A DNA stretch of 64,000 nt. Origin: Enoplolaimus lenunculus. Lineage: Eukaryota. Shown in pieces: positions 38,820-53,059 of this stretch; position 1 is the stretch's first letter; every line of letters begins with the position of its first letter. A program made the position numbers and the translations under genes. A model generated the notes under the pieces. It had not been told where the DNA came from and made no database searches. It saw nothing but the letters and a program-made list of their open reading frames with translations. The stretch is taken from NCBI GenBank assembly GCA_030248215.1, contig JASANG010003130.1:434001-498000 (forward strand), written 5' to 3'.

Positions 38820-40410
38820 TTATACAAATACGAGTACGAATTTCGCATCGGATCTGACGCTATTTCCAACTTGAAAAAGGCATTTTTTAATAATAATTGC
38901 AAGAAAGCGTTCGTTAAATAGCGTTTTTCTGCAACATGCGATTCATTTCAAAGTTTCTCCACTTGAAAATGCGTTTTGAATAAATTCCATAGAGACATTG
39001 TTTAAAGCAGTTTTAATGTTTGACACTAATTCGTATATAATTTTACTTGTACAAGTGATGTTTTGATTTTCTTCTAGCAACAACTGTATCCAAATTATAT
39101 TGCGCAAAATATTTTGTTTTATAACTTAAAAACGATATTTTTTCAAAAATATTTCTATAACCTTCAGCTTCAAATTAATACAACACTATGTAGCAAGAAC
39201 ACTTCATATTTACGACAGTAAAAATCGACTCCTTTAAACTTTTACAGTAACGAACTTTGAGAGCAATTCGATAATAACTCTGATTTTGACTGCCTCATTT
39301 CGTCAAATATTTTGAACGTAACGCCGGCATTGGGGCGGTCACAGACTTGAGTAAAGGATTAAACGCGCCAGAGACGGGTCTGGATTCGAGTCTTAGCCAG
39401 GCTAATTTTTGGGGGTTAGACTCGTGCTTAGCCTCAATGTTTAAGCCATTGGCTTAGTAAACAGTAGTACTGGTTTGGTCTGGTTTTTAATGAGAATTGC
39501 TAACAGGTGTAATATCTCGAACAGTATTTTTATACTGTGTTACTAAACATATATACATATCAATGTATAGTTTAAGCATTATTTGTGCTATCTCCATTAA
39601 ATACCGTGGCATATGTAGCAGTCACTCCTTTCAGACATTATTTTTTCCTTACATTTAGGCTTATGCTTAAGTCTAGGTTTACGCCTTTTTGAACACTTAG
39701 GCTAGGCTTTATGCTTCGGAATGTGCTTAATCTACAGGCACGGCCTTAAAAGATACGTTGTCCAATACCGGAGCGACAATACAGCTGGTAAAATTAGGGG
39801 CAGATTTTTACCGTTTCTGTATTTCTGATACGTTTACAAAATTTTGAAAAACGGTAAATTTTTTTATCACTCTCGCATTATGAGAAGAGCAAAAAAATTT
39901 TAAATTGACTATTTTAAGACATTTCTTGTTCCTAAGCTTACAACGACTAGATTTCAATTGAACAAACGTGCAATTTTGTATTTTAAAAAATCGTCTACAT
40001 TCCTTTATTCTCAACGCAGTTAAACCGGATAACTACGCCGTGTATAGGTATATAAAATAAATTTTTTTCATTAATATAAAATATTCTAATGACAGTGCAA
40101 TCTTTATCAAAATGCAAATCGCGTCTGAGATATTTAGACTAAAGTATTGCTTTCATGGATTCAAGCTTAGCAAATTATATATAAACCATCGAAAAGCTAA
40201 AACCTGATTTATTATAGTAATTGTTGCATTTAAGTCGAATGCAGCATTATCGCGATGGGCCCAAAATAAACTAGCCCGTAAGGATTTTATGCCAGTTGAT
40301 AAAATCTAATGTGAGCTAATTGCATGCAATGCATATTGTTTATACACTACTTAAATCCAGATTAGTCAATGCAAAGACAAATACATTTAATGCAATTTTC
40401 ACAGTATATA

Positions 40411-40857
40411 CTGTAGTGACCCGAATAAGAGGGGGGACTGATGTTTATTTGGCCTCTCCAGAAGGTACCCCCCTTGTTATTGGGTTACGGACTGTTATTT
40501 ATTCTTAACCCACGCTCCACCGCCTTTCGTTACTACTGATATATATGCGGTACTGCAGTTATCCGTTGAATTAAACGTTTATTTGTTTTGTGTCAATAAC
40601 TTGTGCGATAATACAAGGATACACTTAGGAATGTACTTTCAAAATTTAAGTACGCTTTAAAGTTTCGAACTCAAATTATTCGGTCCTGGAGTCATTTATG
40701 CGCTGCAATTGAGGTTAATTGACATTTATGGACTCTAGTTAGGGTTTAGGGACTCTGTCCGCTTACGGACTCTTATTACCTATATAAACTCCTATTGATT
40801 CGGAATCAAAATGGGGACCCTCCTCTTATTACCCCCCTTTTATTCGGGTCAATACAG
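40411..40857 (+). mobile_element. MITE family B
   Basis: TA|CTGTAGTGACCCGAATAAGAGGGG ... TTATTCGGGTCAATACAG|TA. Confidence 0.88.
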
Positions 40858-41129
40858 TATCACGCGTACACCTGGCTACAGTGTGCAGCGCACTGAAGCT
40901 AGTTTTGCTTCCGTGTGCATCGTACTATTCTCACAAGTTACTTGGTGTACGCATGATATTGCGGAAATTGCGCAAATCTGTAGTGTACATTACAGACACC
41001 GTCTCAGGTTGTACCACATACTCGCAGCGCTTTGAAGCCGAACCTATCAGATTTAATATCAACCAAATTATTCTGGTTTACTATTAGCTGGCAAAGTTTT
41101 TTAACAACTTGAAAACTACTAAAAGCTTC

Positions 41130-41449
41130 CACGCTAGCCTAAACCTAGCCTAAGTTATGAATACCAAAATTTTAAAATTTCAAAAACTATTCAGAAGGAT
41201 GTGTAGTGTGTACTAGAAGCAAAAGATTGTTTCAAATAGTATATGAGATTGTCTGTACCTATAAAAATAATATACCTCTGTGACCGCGCCAAGCCCGCTA
41301 GCTGAAACCTAAACCTGAGCTTTGAATACTAAAATCTTAAAATTTTCAATACTATTCATGCAACTGCGTATTTACAACAACGAAAAGATTGTTTCAAGTG
41401 CTATATATTTTCTGTACTTAAAAAGTAATATACCTCTGTGACCGCGCCG
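41130..41449 (+). repeat. Diverged ~160-bp tandem duplication
   Basis: Both units end in AATATACCTCTGTGACCGCGCC and share AAAGATTGTTTCAA. Confidence 0.7.
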
Positions 41450-41660
41450 ACTACATCTTAAGGCGGCATGTTTTAAAGTTACGCCCTGAACATGTGGTTT
41501 GGCTTCATTGCAGCTGCTTTTCTGTAACGATAATTACACGTTTTATAGGTACAAAGAAACCTGACATTTAAAAACTTCTTGCACGAACATCGTAACGACA
41601 ACTAAGCTGTGCCGCAATTTGAGCAAACTTAAACTAGTAATCATTACGTGAGTATACAGG

Positions 41661-42184
41661 TTTCAAAAAGATGCAATGGAAATTCAAATTTGTAAACCGT
41701 ATGTTTTCTCAAAATCTTTCAAAAAAGACGCAATGGAAATTCAAATTTGTAAACCGTATGTTTTCTCAAAATCTTTCAAAAAAGACGCAATGGAAATTCA
41801 AATTTGTAAACCGTATGTTTTCTCAAAATCTTTCAAAAAGAAGAAATTCCCAAAGTATGTTCTCAAAATCTTTCAAAAAAGACGCAATGGAAATTCAAAT
41901 TTGAATACCAATAAAAAAAAAAAAGAAAAATTCAAATTTGAAACTTGTTTTCTCAAAATCTTTCAAAAAAGACGCAATGGAAATTCAAACTTGTAAGCCG
42001 TATGTTTTCTCAAAATCTTTCAAAAAGACGCAATGGAAATTCAAACTTGTAAGCCGTATGTTTTCTCAAAATCTTTCAAAAAAGACGCAATGGAAATTCA
42101 AATTTGTAAACCGTATGTTTTCTCAAAATCTTTCAAAAAAGATGCAATGGAAATTCAAATTTGTAAATCGTATGTTTTCTTAAA
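41661..42184 (+). repeat. 57-bp tandem repeat, ~9 copies (two disrupted)
   Basis: Unit TTTCAAAAAAGACGCAATGGAAATTCAAATTTGTAAACCGTATGTTTTCTCAAAATC. Confidence 0.95.
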
Positions 42185-42829
42185 ATCTGGACATTTTAGG
42201 GCAAACAGAAACTGAAGTTGAGCGAATATGCATTAAAAATGATTTTGAATCTCGTCAGAACCAGAAGCTCATCGATATATCAAGTTTTACAGCAATAACA
42301 TTTTGCTCGGTACCAACAGTATATATTTTATTAAAAAATATATACATAATTCGCAATTTCCGCCTTTGATACTGATATAAAGTTATAAACTATTCGTAGC
42401 GATATAGTGCAGAATATTAAATACTGTGGCAAGAAAACTTGGTGATTTTAATATACAAATAAAATGCTATTCAAACAGTTCTTCGAAGGTTTGAGGTATA
42501 TCCGATAACCGCAAATGACCAAGAAACGCATCTATGCAACTTAATTACGTTTCGGTCAAATCAAAGATTATTATCACTCGTGTGAAGCTCACAGCTTCTA
42601 AAGCTTATTCATTGGAAATAATTTGCTAAATACTATTCTGAGATGCGGCTCAGTCAATATACGACTCGAAAAAGAAAGTAAATCTATTATAAAGCATAAT
42701 ATATGCACACCATGACAATTTTGAAATTATAGCAAAATATCCATTTTCAATATATATACTTTTCCATTTAAAAAATAAAGAAATTAAGATTTTTAGCTAG
42801 GAAGAATATCAAACACAAAGATTGGAGTT

Positions 42830-43025
42830 TTGTTGCGCTATACGTTTGTTGACGTCCAGCGCCATCCCGTTGCCCGTCCGGCACCGTCCGTCACCGTGCG
42901 TCAACGTCCGTCACCATACGGTATCGTGCGTGCGTAATTCACGTACGAAACCGCGCAGTGACGTACGGCGACAGACGGCACAAGACGGATACGGACAGCG
43001 CCGTATAACGAGTATAGCGCTACAC
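42830..43025. mobile_element. Short unexpanded copy of the 26676-27335 element
   Basis: GTTGCGCTATAC ... GTATAGCGCTAC termini; shares CCGTCACCATA..GTATCGT..GTACGA..CGCA..TGACGTACGG. Confidence 0.7.
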
Positions 43026-43392
43026 TAATATATCAGCAATCTGTAAACAAAAGGAGTTTTCAATCACTTTTTAAGACCAATATTATTGGTTCTACTTCTG
43101 TATATGCGATTAAATCTAATTCTGGTAATAAAGAATATATTAAAGATTTTAGAAATTAAACTTTTTGTCTACTATTGCAAAACTTTCATTCATACAGCTA
43201 TATCTGACCCTGGAGGGTTAAAATTAGGCTAAACAGATGTACCTGAGGCCAAAAATGAATGCAATTTATGCAATTTCCTAGTTGCAAATTGTCAACAAAC
43301 TTGTAATTAAGTTTTTATATTAAAGTTTAAGTTAGGTGCCAAATTTTAGCTATATAAGTCTAGGTTATAGAGAAATTTGTGTAAATTTTGTT

Positions 43393-43588
43393 GTCCCATG
43401 TATAGACCAGGGCCTGATCGTTTTCTGGCGGGGCTGTAATAAAGTTTAAGCTTTAGACTAACTTTTTCGCTTAGGTTTAATAGTCTTAGGCTTAGACTCA
43501 GAAATAGGCTCATCCTTACGGTTAGGCTTAGGCTTAGGCTTAAGAATATGCTTGCACTAGTGTTCCGGCCCTGTTCTATATATGGGCC
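43393..43588 (+). mobile_element. TTAGGC-carrying MITE (family A)
   Basis: TIRs present; perfect 8-bp TSD ATTTTGTT. Confidence 0.9.
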
Positions 43589-44103
43589 ATTTTGTTGTAT
43601 TTTTCTTTTCCTATTGATAATACCTATAATAATGACAAATTATCCGTTGCTTTTTAATACAGGAATAAAGATAACTTGAGCTGATGTTGCTACTTAAGGC
43701 AGTGACAATTGAGCATATTTCAAAAGAGGTATTCGTACTTCATTTAGTTTCGTGTCTACAGTAGTGTTAACTTGATGGCACACAAGTCTCACACTTTTTA
43801 CTTTATTATTTTACGAATCCGAAGCTTGAACCTAAGCCAAGCCTATTCTCAACATTTGATTATCATTAGTCTGCCTGTAAAAACTATACATTCACTGAAA
43901 TGTAGCTTTTCATGAAGAAAGAAAATTAGAATTTTTGGTAAATTAACTCATAAGTCGAAAATTTATAAAAAATGTGATGTTAATTTAATTTAACATTTCG
44001 AAAGTAATGCAAGTTGCATGTGTAAACATCTAGAAGAAACTATTTTGCAACACAGTTCAGTGATAGCATTCTGAGTTTCATTTTGTTCTAAATTTCAAAA
44101 CCT

Positions 44104-44252
44104 GCCCATGTACAAGCCTGAACGTTTTTCTGCGGGACTGTAATACAATAAGCTTAAAGTTTAGACTAACTTTTTTGCTTACGTTTAGGCTTAGGCTTAA
44201 GCTTAGGAATATGCTTTATACTACAGTTCCGGCGTTGTTCTATTCATGGGCT
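44104..44252 (+). mobile_element. TTAGGC-carrying MITE (family A), diverged
   Basis: GCCCATGTAC ... GTTCTATTCATGGGC termini with the family core sequence. Confidence 0.7.
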
Positions 44253-47200
44253 TATATTTCAAAACCTGTATGCGTGTAGCCAAGGCGGTCTGGGGTTCTA
44301 GACCTGAAATCAATGAACCAAGAAACGTTTTGCGACTATTGCAAAACGATTTGATACTGTGCGTTAGGACACACCAATTTGAAAATTGTGTCAATTTTTA
44401 AAACCGGCAAACCACTGTAGACGGTACAAACATGTTTTCACTGAAAATCAAATTCTCCCGTCAGATGTTAGAGATCCAAGAAAGTTTTGCAATATATAAA
44501 ACAAAATTAGATTTTGAATAATGCATCACAGATTTCACAATACTGTTTGCCTACCAACTAGCAACCATGCTGTCGAATACAACAGATGAAATAAAGTTCT
44601 TCCAAGTGGAAATATCGCATGAATCGCTAAATTATTGAACCACATTCGTATTTGATTTTTTAAAACATGCCAAAATTAAAAAAAACTTCACGCTCTTCGT
44701 TTAAAAAGACGCAAAGGCTAACTAACTATAATGCTAATAGTAAAAGGCTAACTTGCAAGTCTTGCAATCTGTAAGGGGCATATTGGAATTTCAAATGACA
44801 CAGAACCCATGAGCTCAAAACTTTTGAATTGAAACACCTAAAGCGACTTTCTTCTCATATACCAAAACAGTCCGAAAGTACTTTATCAGCGATTCTAGCT
44901 GTCTGAATTTTGAACAGCTTAGTGTGGCATTGGTGGACCCCCACCCCATCCTGCTTAGTGTCCTTTCGAATGCCAAAGGTTCAAGTAAGCCGCAGCCTTT
45001 CCCTGAGAGTAAAGCAAACGCAAAAAGACGCAATTCAACTCAGCGCCTCGCTTTTACACAATAATATACACGAAAAATATAGATTTGCTGCAGTCCATAT
45101 AAGATCACAAAAAGTGAAGGTATATATTCAAGACTTAAAAGATTGAAATTTAATTGAAATTTTCAGGGGAGGTTATGAGGAGCCAAATCGGCGTTTATGT
45201 TCCGATATAGTAAAACTAGAGCGGGTCCTGTAAATTTGGACCAATATAACTTTAACAATGTAACAACCAAACCATATTCCTAAGTAATCCTCCTCAGCGC
45301 AATAAACACAAGTCTAAAACAACGATTAGCCTAAGCCGAAGCAAAAATAGTCTAAAATTGAAGCCTAGTCTATTTCGGTCTAGTGAGAAGACGGGCACTA
45401 GTGGATCCAGTAGAGGGCGGCTGGGCGTAGGCCCCTCGCCAGAAATTTTTTTGTAATAAAATAGTAAGATGCTTCTACCTTTCAATTTTACGCCTCAGAA
45501 AGTTTTTCTGTAAAATTTTATGTGGTCCTTACATTACAATTTTTCCCCTCAGAAAATTTTTTGGTTAAAAATTGCGTTTCAAAACATTTAACAGCCTGAC
45601 CCCAGTCAGAAATTTATGGATTCGCCGCCGAAAGCAGGGCCACCACTAAAAGTAACATGGGCTGTTGTTTGTACGACTTATCGTAAGTACATTTCAATGT
45701 GGTTCTTTCTTCTTGGAACGTGACGACTCATGTATATATAGTTCGAGGGAATGGTGACACTCGAAAGAATCGGAGACAAACCAAACCAACTCAATTTCAT
45801 GTGGTGAACGCAACTATTTATTAGCCACTAGCAATCTTCTTAACAGAATACCCAGCAATATTGAAGCAGTTGCATAATGAAAACTATTTATACAATTGTA
45901 TGTTGTACGCTCGTAGCAATCAGCGTGCGGTTCAGGGTGGTTCCCTTGAGGCAACAAGTTATACAATATCAGAAACAAAAATTGATGTTTGGAAACCCAA
46001 AAAAACGAAAAATCCAGTTTCAGATTTGCCTACTCTGACTTGTTCAAAGTAAACATTGCAAATCATATGTTAATAGGTTGAATTCAGTGAATTGCGCGAA
46101 AGATGCAATTATTTTACCATTTTAGCAAATGAAAACGCAAAATGGTTCCTACACTTTGTTGTAGGCGATATATCCGTCATCCATTTGGATCTATCAATGC
46201 CAAAACAACTGCAAAATTTCAAGCTTTTAAAAATGGCTGATATAAAAACAGGCTGGCTAGATTGTGAACAAAGGCGCAGATTCTGTTAAATATGATGAGC
46301 TTTGTACGACCATGATCGAATTGTCTAGTCTTGGTTTCTCAATAGAATCTAAGATCAGTTGCACGTTTATAGATATATTTCAATTTTAAATGCTACAAAT
46401 TATACGGTTTACCTACTATTCAGTAGAACGAAACCGGAAGTCACTGGTTAAGATTGTTGCAAGGACTAGTCAACACTGCCAGCTGAGCAATTTCAATAGC
46501 GGATATGATTTCAGCAACCAAAGTAAGCAAAAATTCTGTTGAATTGGGCTCATAATGTTCTCATGTAAAGCTATAAAAATAACAATGTTCCAGAGAATAG
46601 CAGTTTGGAAAGCAGACACTTGAATATCTAAAATCACGACCGAATTGTCGGAGTTCGTTTCCGAGTTGGGGTCGAGTGTTACAAAGTTGTAAGTCTTTTC
46701 AAGAAGCAGAATATTAATTGAAACATATATTCGAATACAATGAATTTATTCTTCAACAATTTACGCACCTGTTGCATTTTACTTTCTTAACAAATTAAGA
46801 AGACCTGTCGAAAACCAATACACTTATACTTTCGCCACAAGAATATATATTTCCACATTTATGAGAGATTTCCTCAGTGACGGATCCAGGGAGGATTGAG
46901 GGATGCATCTCCCACCGGCCTTGCCGAGTTAGATTTTAAAATGAAAATAGTTCATTTGAATGTCACAATATAGCAAATTATAATGAAAGCTAACCCGGCA
47001 GTTGTGAAGCGCAACATGCAAATTGCTCGCAAAACTACAGCGAGCGAACACGGCCGACACAAACTAGCCAACTAGGTTACAAGTATGTCGACGTTACAGC
47101 ACAAATTAAAAATTGTTTCGCCGTCACCGCAATTGTTCGTCATGTTAAGCGCGAAAGGTTTGCTAAAAACGCACTGCAAACCTGAACATTTTCGGAATGG

Positions 47201-50200
47201 AAAAAGTATCATCCACGGCCAAAAAATTCAATACACGCAACTGGATTTCCTTCGTTACTGCAATTTGGAGCTGTTAAATACTTGATGAGTAAAGGGTTTT
47301 TCGAAAAAAACACGAATGGTTTGTGCCTGACAGTGTTTTCAAGCTGTATAATGAATATCTGGCGCTAAATAATTTTGAAAATTAAAATGGTGCGTTTACG
47401 AGGTGCGGTCACATGGTATTTCTTTCAAGTTAAACAAAACATGAAAAAAACTGGCTCTGAAGCTAAATACATCAAGCTTAGTACAATTCGCCTTCGTTCA
47501 AGCTTCAAACGATACATAAGAGAAAGTTTTTCATTTTAATGCTGTTTAACATTTATTACGGTCGTGCTCCGTATCCCTGACCATTTAAGGGACTGTTTGT
47601 TAAGTTAACGTCATATGACGTACATATTTTGTCGTCAGACCCGCTATTTAAATCACAATATTTTGTGTTAACGTCAAATCAACATGGACAAAACGTGTAT
47701 TGTTGTTTGAAAGCGCGTTTTTAACAAATCTTTCGATATTTCAAGAGCGACAAATCGTGTTTTACCATGGCATGGTTAGCGGAAAACCTTCCCCATGTCC
47801 CTGGATCCATCATTGCTCATCCGTGATGGTACGCTTTTAAACTTAAGTTAACCGACTAAGAGGAGCTTAAACGAAATTTAGCCTTGCATATATCTGATGT
47901 TGCTAGTTTTTATAAATAGGTAAAACAAGTCATATACGGCAAAAACTCAAAAACTGCGCTATATTTCCACTCTTAACTGGATAGCTTTTTACATAAGAAG
48001 TTTGCGTATATATCTATCTATATATGTATATACATAGATATATATTTAAAACTTTGGTTTGCGAGAAGAGGGACCAGCTCCGAATAACGACCCAAATATA
48101 GGTTCTTGAAACTAAAATTAGTATATCGTTAACGATTATTTAAAAGATGGCAGTGGCATCACCTGATAAGAACTATTTTGTGTGAGGGACGAGCGCAGCG
48201 TCATTGGCCACATTCCTCTGCTACGCCCCTGGTACAACCTACAGGGTTTGCTTATGGCAATCTTGGCAATCTTGCGTGGAACTTTATTTATCGCAAACAC
48301 AACTTCTCATTCCATGCACAAAACTACGAAAGGTTCAATCGGCTGTGACGTCTCTCTTACAAGGACTTCACAGTAAACAAACGGCGAATTTGATTAATAA
48401 ATTGTTCCCATCTTCATGTTTTCTGTTGTTCTTAAACAAAAACCGGCATATATATATGTTAACTATATGGGTTCGCCCTTTAAACTTAAGCCTACAGCTC
48501 CTAAAACTAAACCCTAAACATAAGCTTAAGCCTCCCCGTATTGCTTAGAGTGCACTGCAAAAGATGGTGCGTCAAATTGACTCTCCGAAATAGGCTTTTC
48601 CGGACTACACAAACTGTGTCAAATTCGACTCTACCAGAGTCAAATTCGACTCCATATTATAAAGTGTGGGTAGGGCCCTACAATTAACATGGGCCCGAAG
48701 ACCAATATCAGTTGGTTGCTTGTTTACACTTCATATCACAACAAGACTTTCAATTTTTATCTGTTATACCAAAACAAGGCAGGCAATTTGCAATGTTTAG
48801 TAGGATCGTTGCTCCCATTTAATGCCAAATCAACTGCATAAATTGCAGAACACTCCACAGACATCGCTGACAGGAGCATCAGGTAAAATCGCACTGCAGA
48901 ATCTATGCCACTGATTTTCTCTTTTATAGAAAAAGTAACAAATTTCGCTGCATAACGAATCGTTTAGACTACTCTATTAATGAGTTTTACCAGAGTGGGG
49001 ATGGCGATTAGAAACGTTTTCGTAAGGCATGCGTTATAACCTATCCGCCAAGATTACAAAAATTAGGCATAAAATGTCAGAAAAATGACTTAAAAATTAA
49101 AAAATTACATCAGCACATATTTTGCATAACTTGGCAACAGAAAAATAAAGCATACAGTTGACGACAGTCATTCTGCAATTTAAGGCAGAAAAACGTAGTA
49201 AGAAATGCTTTGGATACCAAAGCAACCTTTTCGGTAATGGAATTTCAAGCTTTGAGACTAAAAACCGTTTTACGACAATCAACAAAGGGTACACAGTGGT
49301 GAAAACGAACGGCTAAAGAATGTTGATTGTCGTCATTATTGATAAAATACAACTTCAGCTATTAAGAAATAGTTCAACTTTTCATGTTCGCTAATTTGAT
49401 TTGAAGAAATGCTGCCGTCATCGTTTCGGCCCCATTTTAGATTTATTTTTAATGTGTTTTTGGCTAAAATTTCTATCAGTGAAATTTTTTTGTATGTTTT
49501 AAAATTTGTCTTGTGGTAGGAACTACAATATCAACAAAATCGAACTTTTGAAAAATTCGTAAATATATGTGAAATGAACCCGGAAAAAGAGATTCCTATG
49601 TAAGTAGCAAAATTGCTTATAATGGGACCATTTTTGGACAAACGCACGCTACAGGATATTAGAAGCTCAACGATTTTATAGCGACTTTTCGCAATTCCTT
49701 GCTTTTAATTGCACAAAAAAGTCTCTTAAAACATGGCAAATTTGTTCTTGTATTTTAGCTGAAACAATTAGGAATATTTTTGATGTCTATGATTTTTAGC
49801 CTGTGTACCACCAGACGTAGCCAGAAATCGACATATTTTGCTACAGACCGAGAAAAATACAAAACGCAGGGTTTTTCGCATTTGACATTTTTTGCTAAGT
49901 TTAAAATAACACATTTCGCTTTTATGAAAACCTTTCAAACATCGAAAACTGGCTCATGATTAATACACACTCACTTAGTAGTGGACGTATTATTTCAAGT
50001 TTTCCTTCGGCTCTTGCAGAAAATCGACCTTCGCGTTTGGTAGAATTTTTGTCGGAAGTTCTACCAAATTTGATAAATGAAATTGTTCATACTTTTATAT
50101 AAGCTGCTGCAGACATTTTCAAAAAATATAGGCTTAAAAACATTTTTTGACAATACTTAATGGCAAACTATAAGCTGATAAAATTAGCAAACTCAAAATT

Positions 50201-50496
50201 TTATTACTTATTTGGCTTTATCTCCGGTAACGGTTTTTTCACCTCCTACAATACCCTGCTATAGAATACTGCGAAAGTTTGTGATTTTTGTGCTTTACAC
50301 TAATCACCAAATCCGCGCTAAGTCCGTTTCTCAATGACGCTATTCGCTCTGGTTAAGAATTACTGTCGTATTCTTCTTTTATTCTCTCAAACCGATACCA
50401 AACTAGTAAATACCGATAACAATAACAAATCAATGTTATTCTTATAGTAGCCTTTTGCCTGTTTCCTTGAAACCCGTTAAAACTCGACTAAATTCA

Positions 50497-50746
50497 CACT
50501 GTAAATTCCAGTGAGTTGAATAATCAACGCAGAGAGAGAATCAGTTATTTCTGGTCATTACTAAGGTAATAAACAGTAAATGTTAACCCCCTCTGAGCGG
50601 ATTTAATTTCGAGCGCGTTGATTAATTAAGTCGAACAGTTCAATCAATTCAGAATTCTGAGTTATGAAAGACATAATTCAGAGCTTAGGCTTCTGAGTGG
50701 ATTCAACTCATTCCTAGTTAAAATCAACTCACTAGAATTTACAGGG
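50497..50746. mobile_element. CACT-terminal MITE
   Basis: CACTGTAAATTCCAGTGAGTTGA ... TCAACTCACTAGAATTTACAGGG inverted termini. Confidence 0.65.
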
Positions 50747-51792
50747 TAGTTGGATCCAACCACAAGCTCACAAATCCCAAGTTCCCGTGAATTTCCAAAA
50801 CCGTGTAATCCAGGGTACAACTGGAGGTGAAAAACGCCAGAACCGGAGCTAGAGGTAAACGGAACCTGGCGGAGCGGATGTGATGCGAAATTAGGAAGTA
50901 AATATGATGGTTAATTAGTTAATTTTAGCCAATATCTGCAATATGTTGCTAAGTTGTTTGGTTTTACGCTAATTGCCTGCGCAATTTCGGAAATTCTTTC
51001 CTGAAAATTGTGACAAACGTAAAACGAAACGCGCTAAACAGATAAATTTTGCAAAATTATGCAAAATTTTGCTACCGAAATTGCCGGAACATCCAGCGAA
51101 ATTTTTACCGGAATTGGGGCCGGAGGCCAATTTTGCGCCGGAGCCGGGCCTCCGGTTGTACCTTAGTGCAATTTTAACCCCGTTAGTACACAAATTCCCC
51201 GATTTTTACGAATTCCAGCCAACTAATCCAGTTGGAATGGCTAACCCCAAGTTTCCCAAAGTTCTCCCACTTTAAATAACCATAAACCTCCTGTAACTAG
51301 AGTTCCTGTGTACTACCCGCGCAATGCGCTACCCCAAGTCCTTTACATCTCAGCTTCCGTTCCATCGTATTCCTAATTACCAAAATAATTCCTAAATTCC
51401 AGTTACAAAACTCTAAGCAAACTCCAAAAGACTTATCGTAAATGTAACGTAAACTGTGAAAAATTATATAAAAACTCGCTGCAATTTGTAATAATCCAGG
51501 ACTGATTTGTTGACCTGGTTACCGTGTGGGCGTCTCGACCTAATTTGCATTTCATACCGAGCATGTGCTCTGTAGAAGCAATGCAAATTTCGGTGCAGAC
51601 TCTCAACAACAACATAATACCATCCAGCCACAACAACAACAACAACAACGATGCAGGCGCACATATCATGATGAAATTCCCTAGCTGTGTGATTGTGTGC
51701 AACAATAGCCGATGAGCATTTTTGGAAGAAAACACATAAATCGTGGTTGACAAGCAGCAAGCAGTAGCAAATATTTCGGGCTCGTATTCCTA

Positions 51793-52818
51793 TGCGGGGT
51801 TCACGTTAAAACTGGTTCGGCGTGGGACATGATTTGTCCCTATTAAAATATTGAGTAACATTTTGTCTAGTTAATAACCCTATATCACACTTCAAAATGC
51901 AGACTTGTCTGCTAATATCACGTGTAGAGATTATACTTTTGTATGTCAATGTCATATGACATCCCAGTTGTTGTCTGTTAACCTTATAATAGTTTTAAAG
52001 ATATCTACACATGTAGTACGTAGCTAGTTACCATGTTATGTCGAGTGTCATATGATACTGACAGACAATAAAGTTAGTATCATATGACATTAGCTGCTGA
52101 ACTATGGAGTGATGCCAGAGTATTTTTGGCCCGAAAATTTTGATATTGGTGGGAGAATTCAAGTTTCGGCGGGAAAGTTCACATTTTGGCTTGAAAATAA
52201 AATTTTGACGGAAAAATCCAAATTTTGGCGGGAAATTCATTTTAGTTGAAATTTCAAATTTTGGCGAGAAATTCAAATTTCGGAGGGAAATTCAAATTTT
52301 AGTGGAAAAGTCAAATTTTGGCGGAAATTCAAATTTTGGTACGGAAATTCAAATTTTAGCTGGCACAATTCAAATTTTGGCGGGAAACTCAAATTTCAAC
52401 GGGAAAATTCAAATTTTGGCGGCAAATTTAAATTTTGGCGGGAAACTCAAATTCCAACGGGAACATTCAAAATTTCGCGGGAAAATTTAAATTTTGGAGG
52501 TTAATTCAAAATTTAACGGGAAGTTCAACTTTTAATTCCCATTTTGAGTTGTTCAGAACGCTATATGATGCTTTCTGGTAGTCCAACAAAGAGCGAGTGA
52601 CAGCAATCATTGTACACAGTGTCAAACGTTGTTATAAAGCAGTCTGTTGAATGTCATATGATTGCACTAAATTTGGAATATCATATGCTTTCACTATAAT
52701 ATACTATATCATGTCACACTAGCACATGTGTGTTTAGTTGACACGGGAGCAGTGGTTGTACAACCAACATGGGACTGAGCTTGTCCCACGCTGTCCCAGT
52801 TTTAACGTGAAATCCGCA
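51793..52818. mobile_element. Relative of the 15971-16654 MITE, carrying an internal AT-rich minisatellite
   Basis: TGCGGGGTTCACGTTAAAACTGG ... CCAGTTTTAACGTGAAATCCGCA termini; repeated TCATATGA palindromes. Confidence 0.7.
52135..52535. repeat. Degenerate ~20-21-bp minisatellite (GGGAAAATTCAAATTTTGGC-like)
   Basis: Tandem degenerate units directly visible. Confidence 0.85.
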
Positions 52819-53059
52819 CCAGGTCTCGGTATCATCCATATTGGTATTGTTTAAGTATGTTGCAATATCTTAGTCGATAAATGCCTCTAAACGTTCTCGT
52901 AAAGCAGTTGGCCTAATTTGCCCAACGTAGTCACGTACCTCGTTGTGACCAGACTCCACATCAGTAAAACAGTAGCTAATAGAAATTCTTCTTCCAACAT
53001 TGTTTAAAATGTGATTTTAAGCACAATTTTGTTAAGATTTCACACATTGCCTTCGCAAC

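Noticed and set aside
41671..42215. Repetitive ORFs (MEIQICKPYVFSKSFKKDA...)
   Set aside because: Translation of a 57-bp tandem repeat with frame-shifting unit variants; no coding signal.
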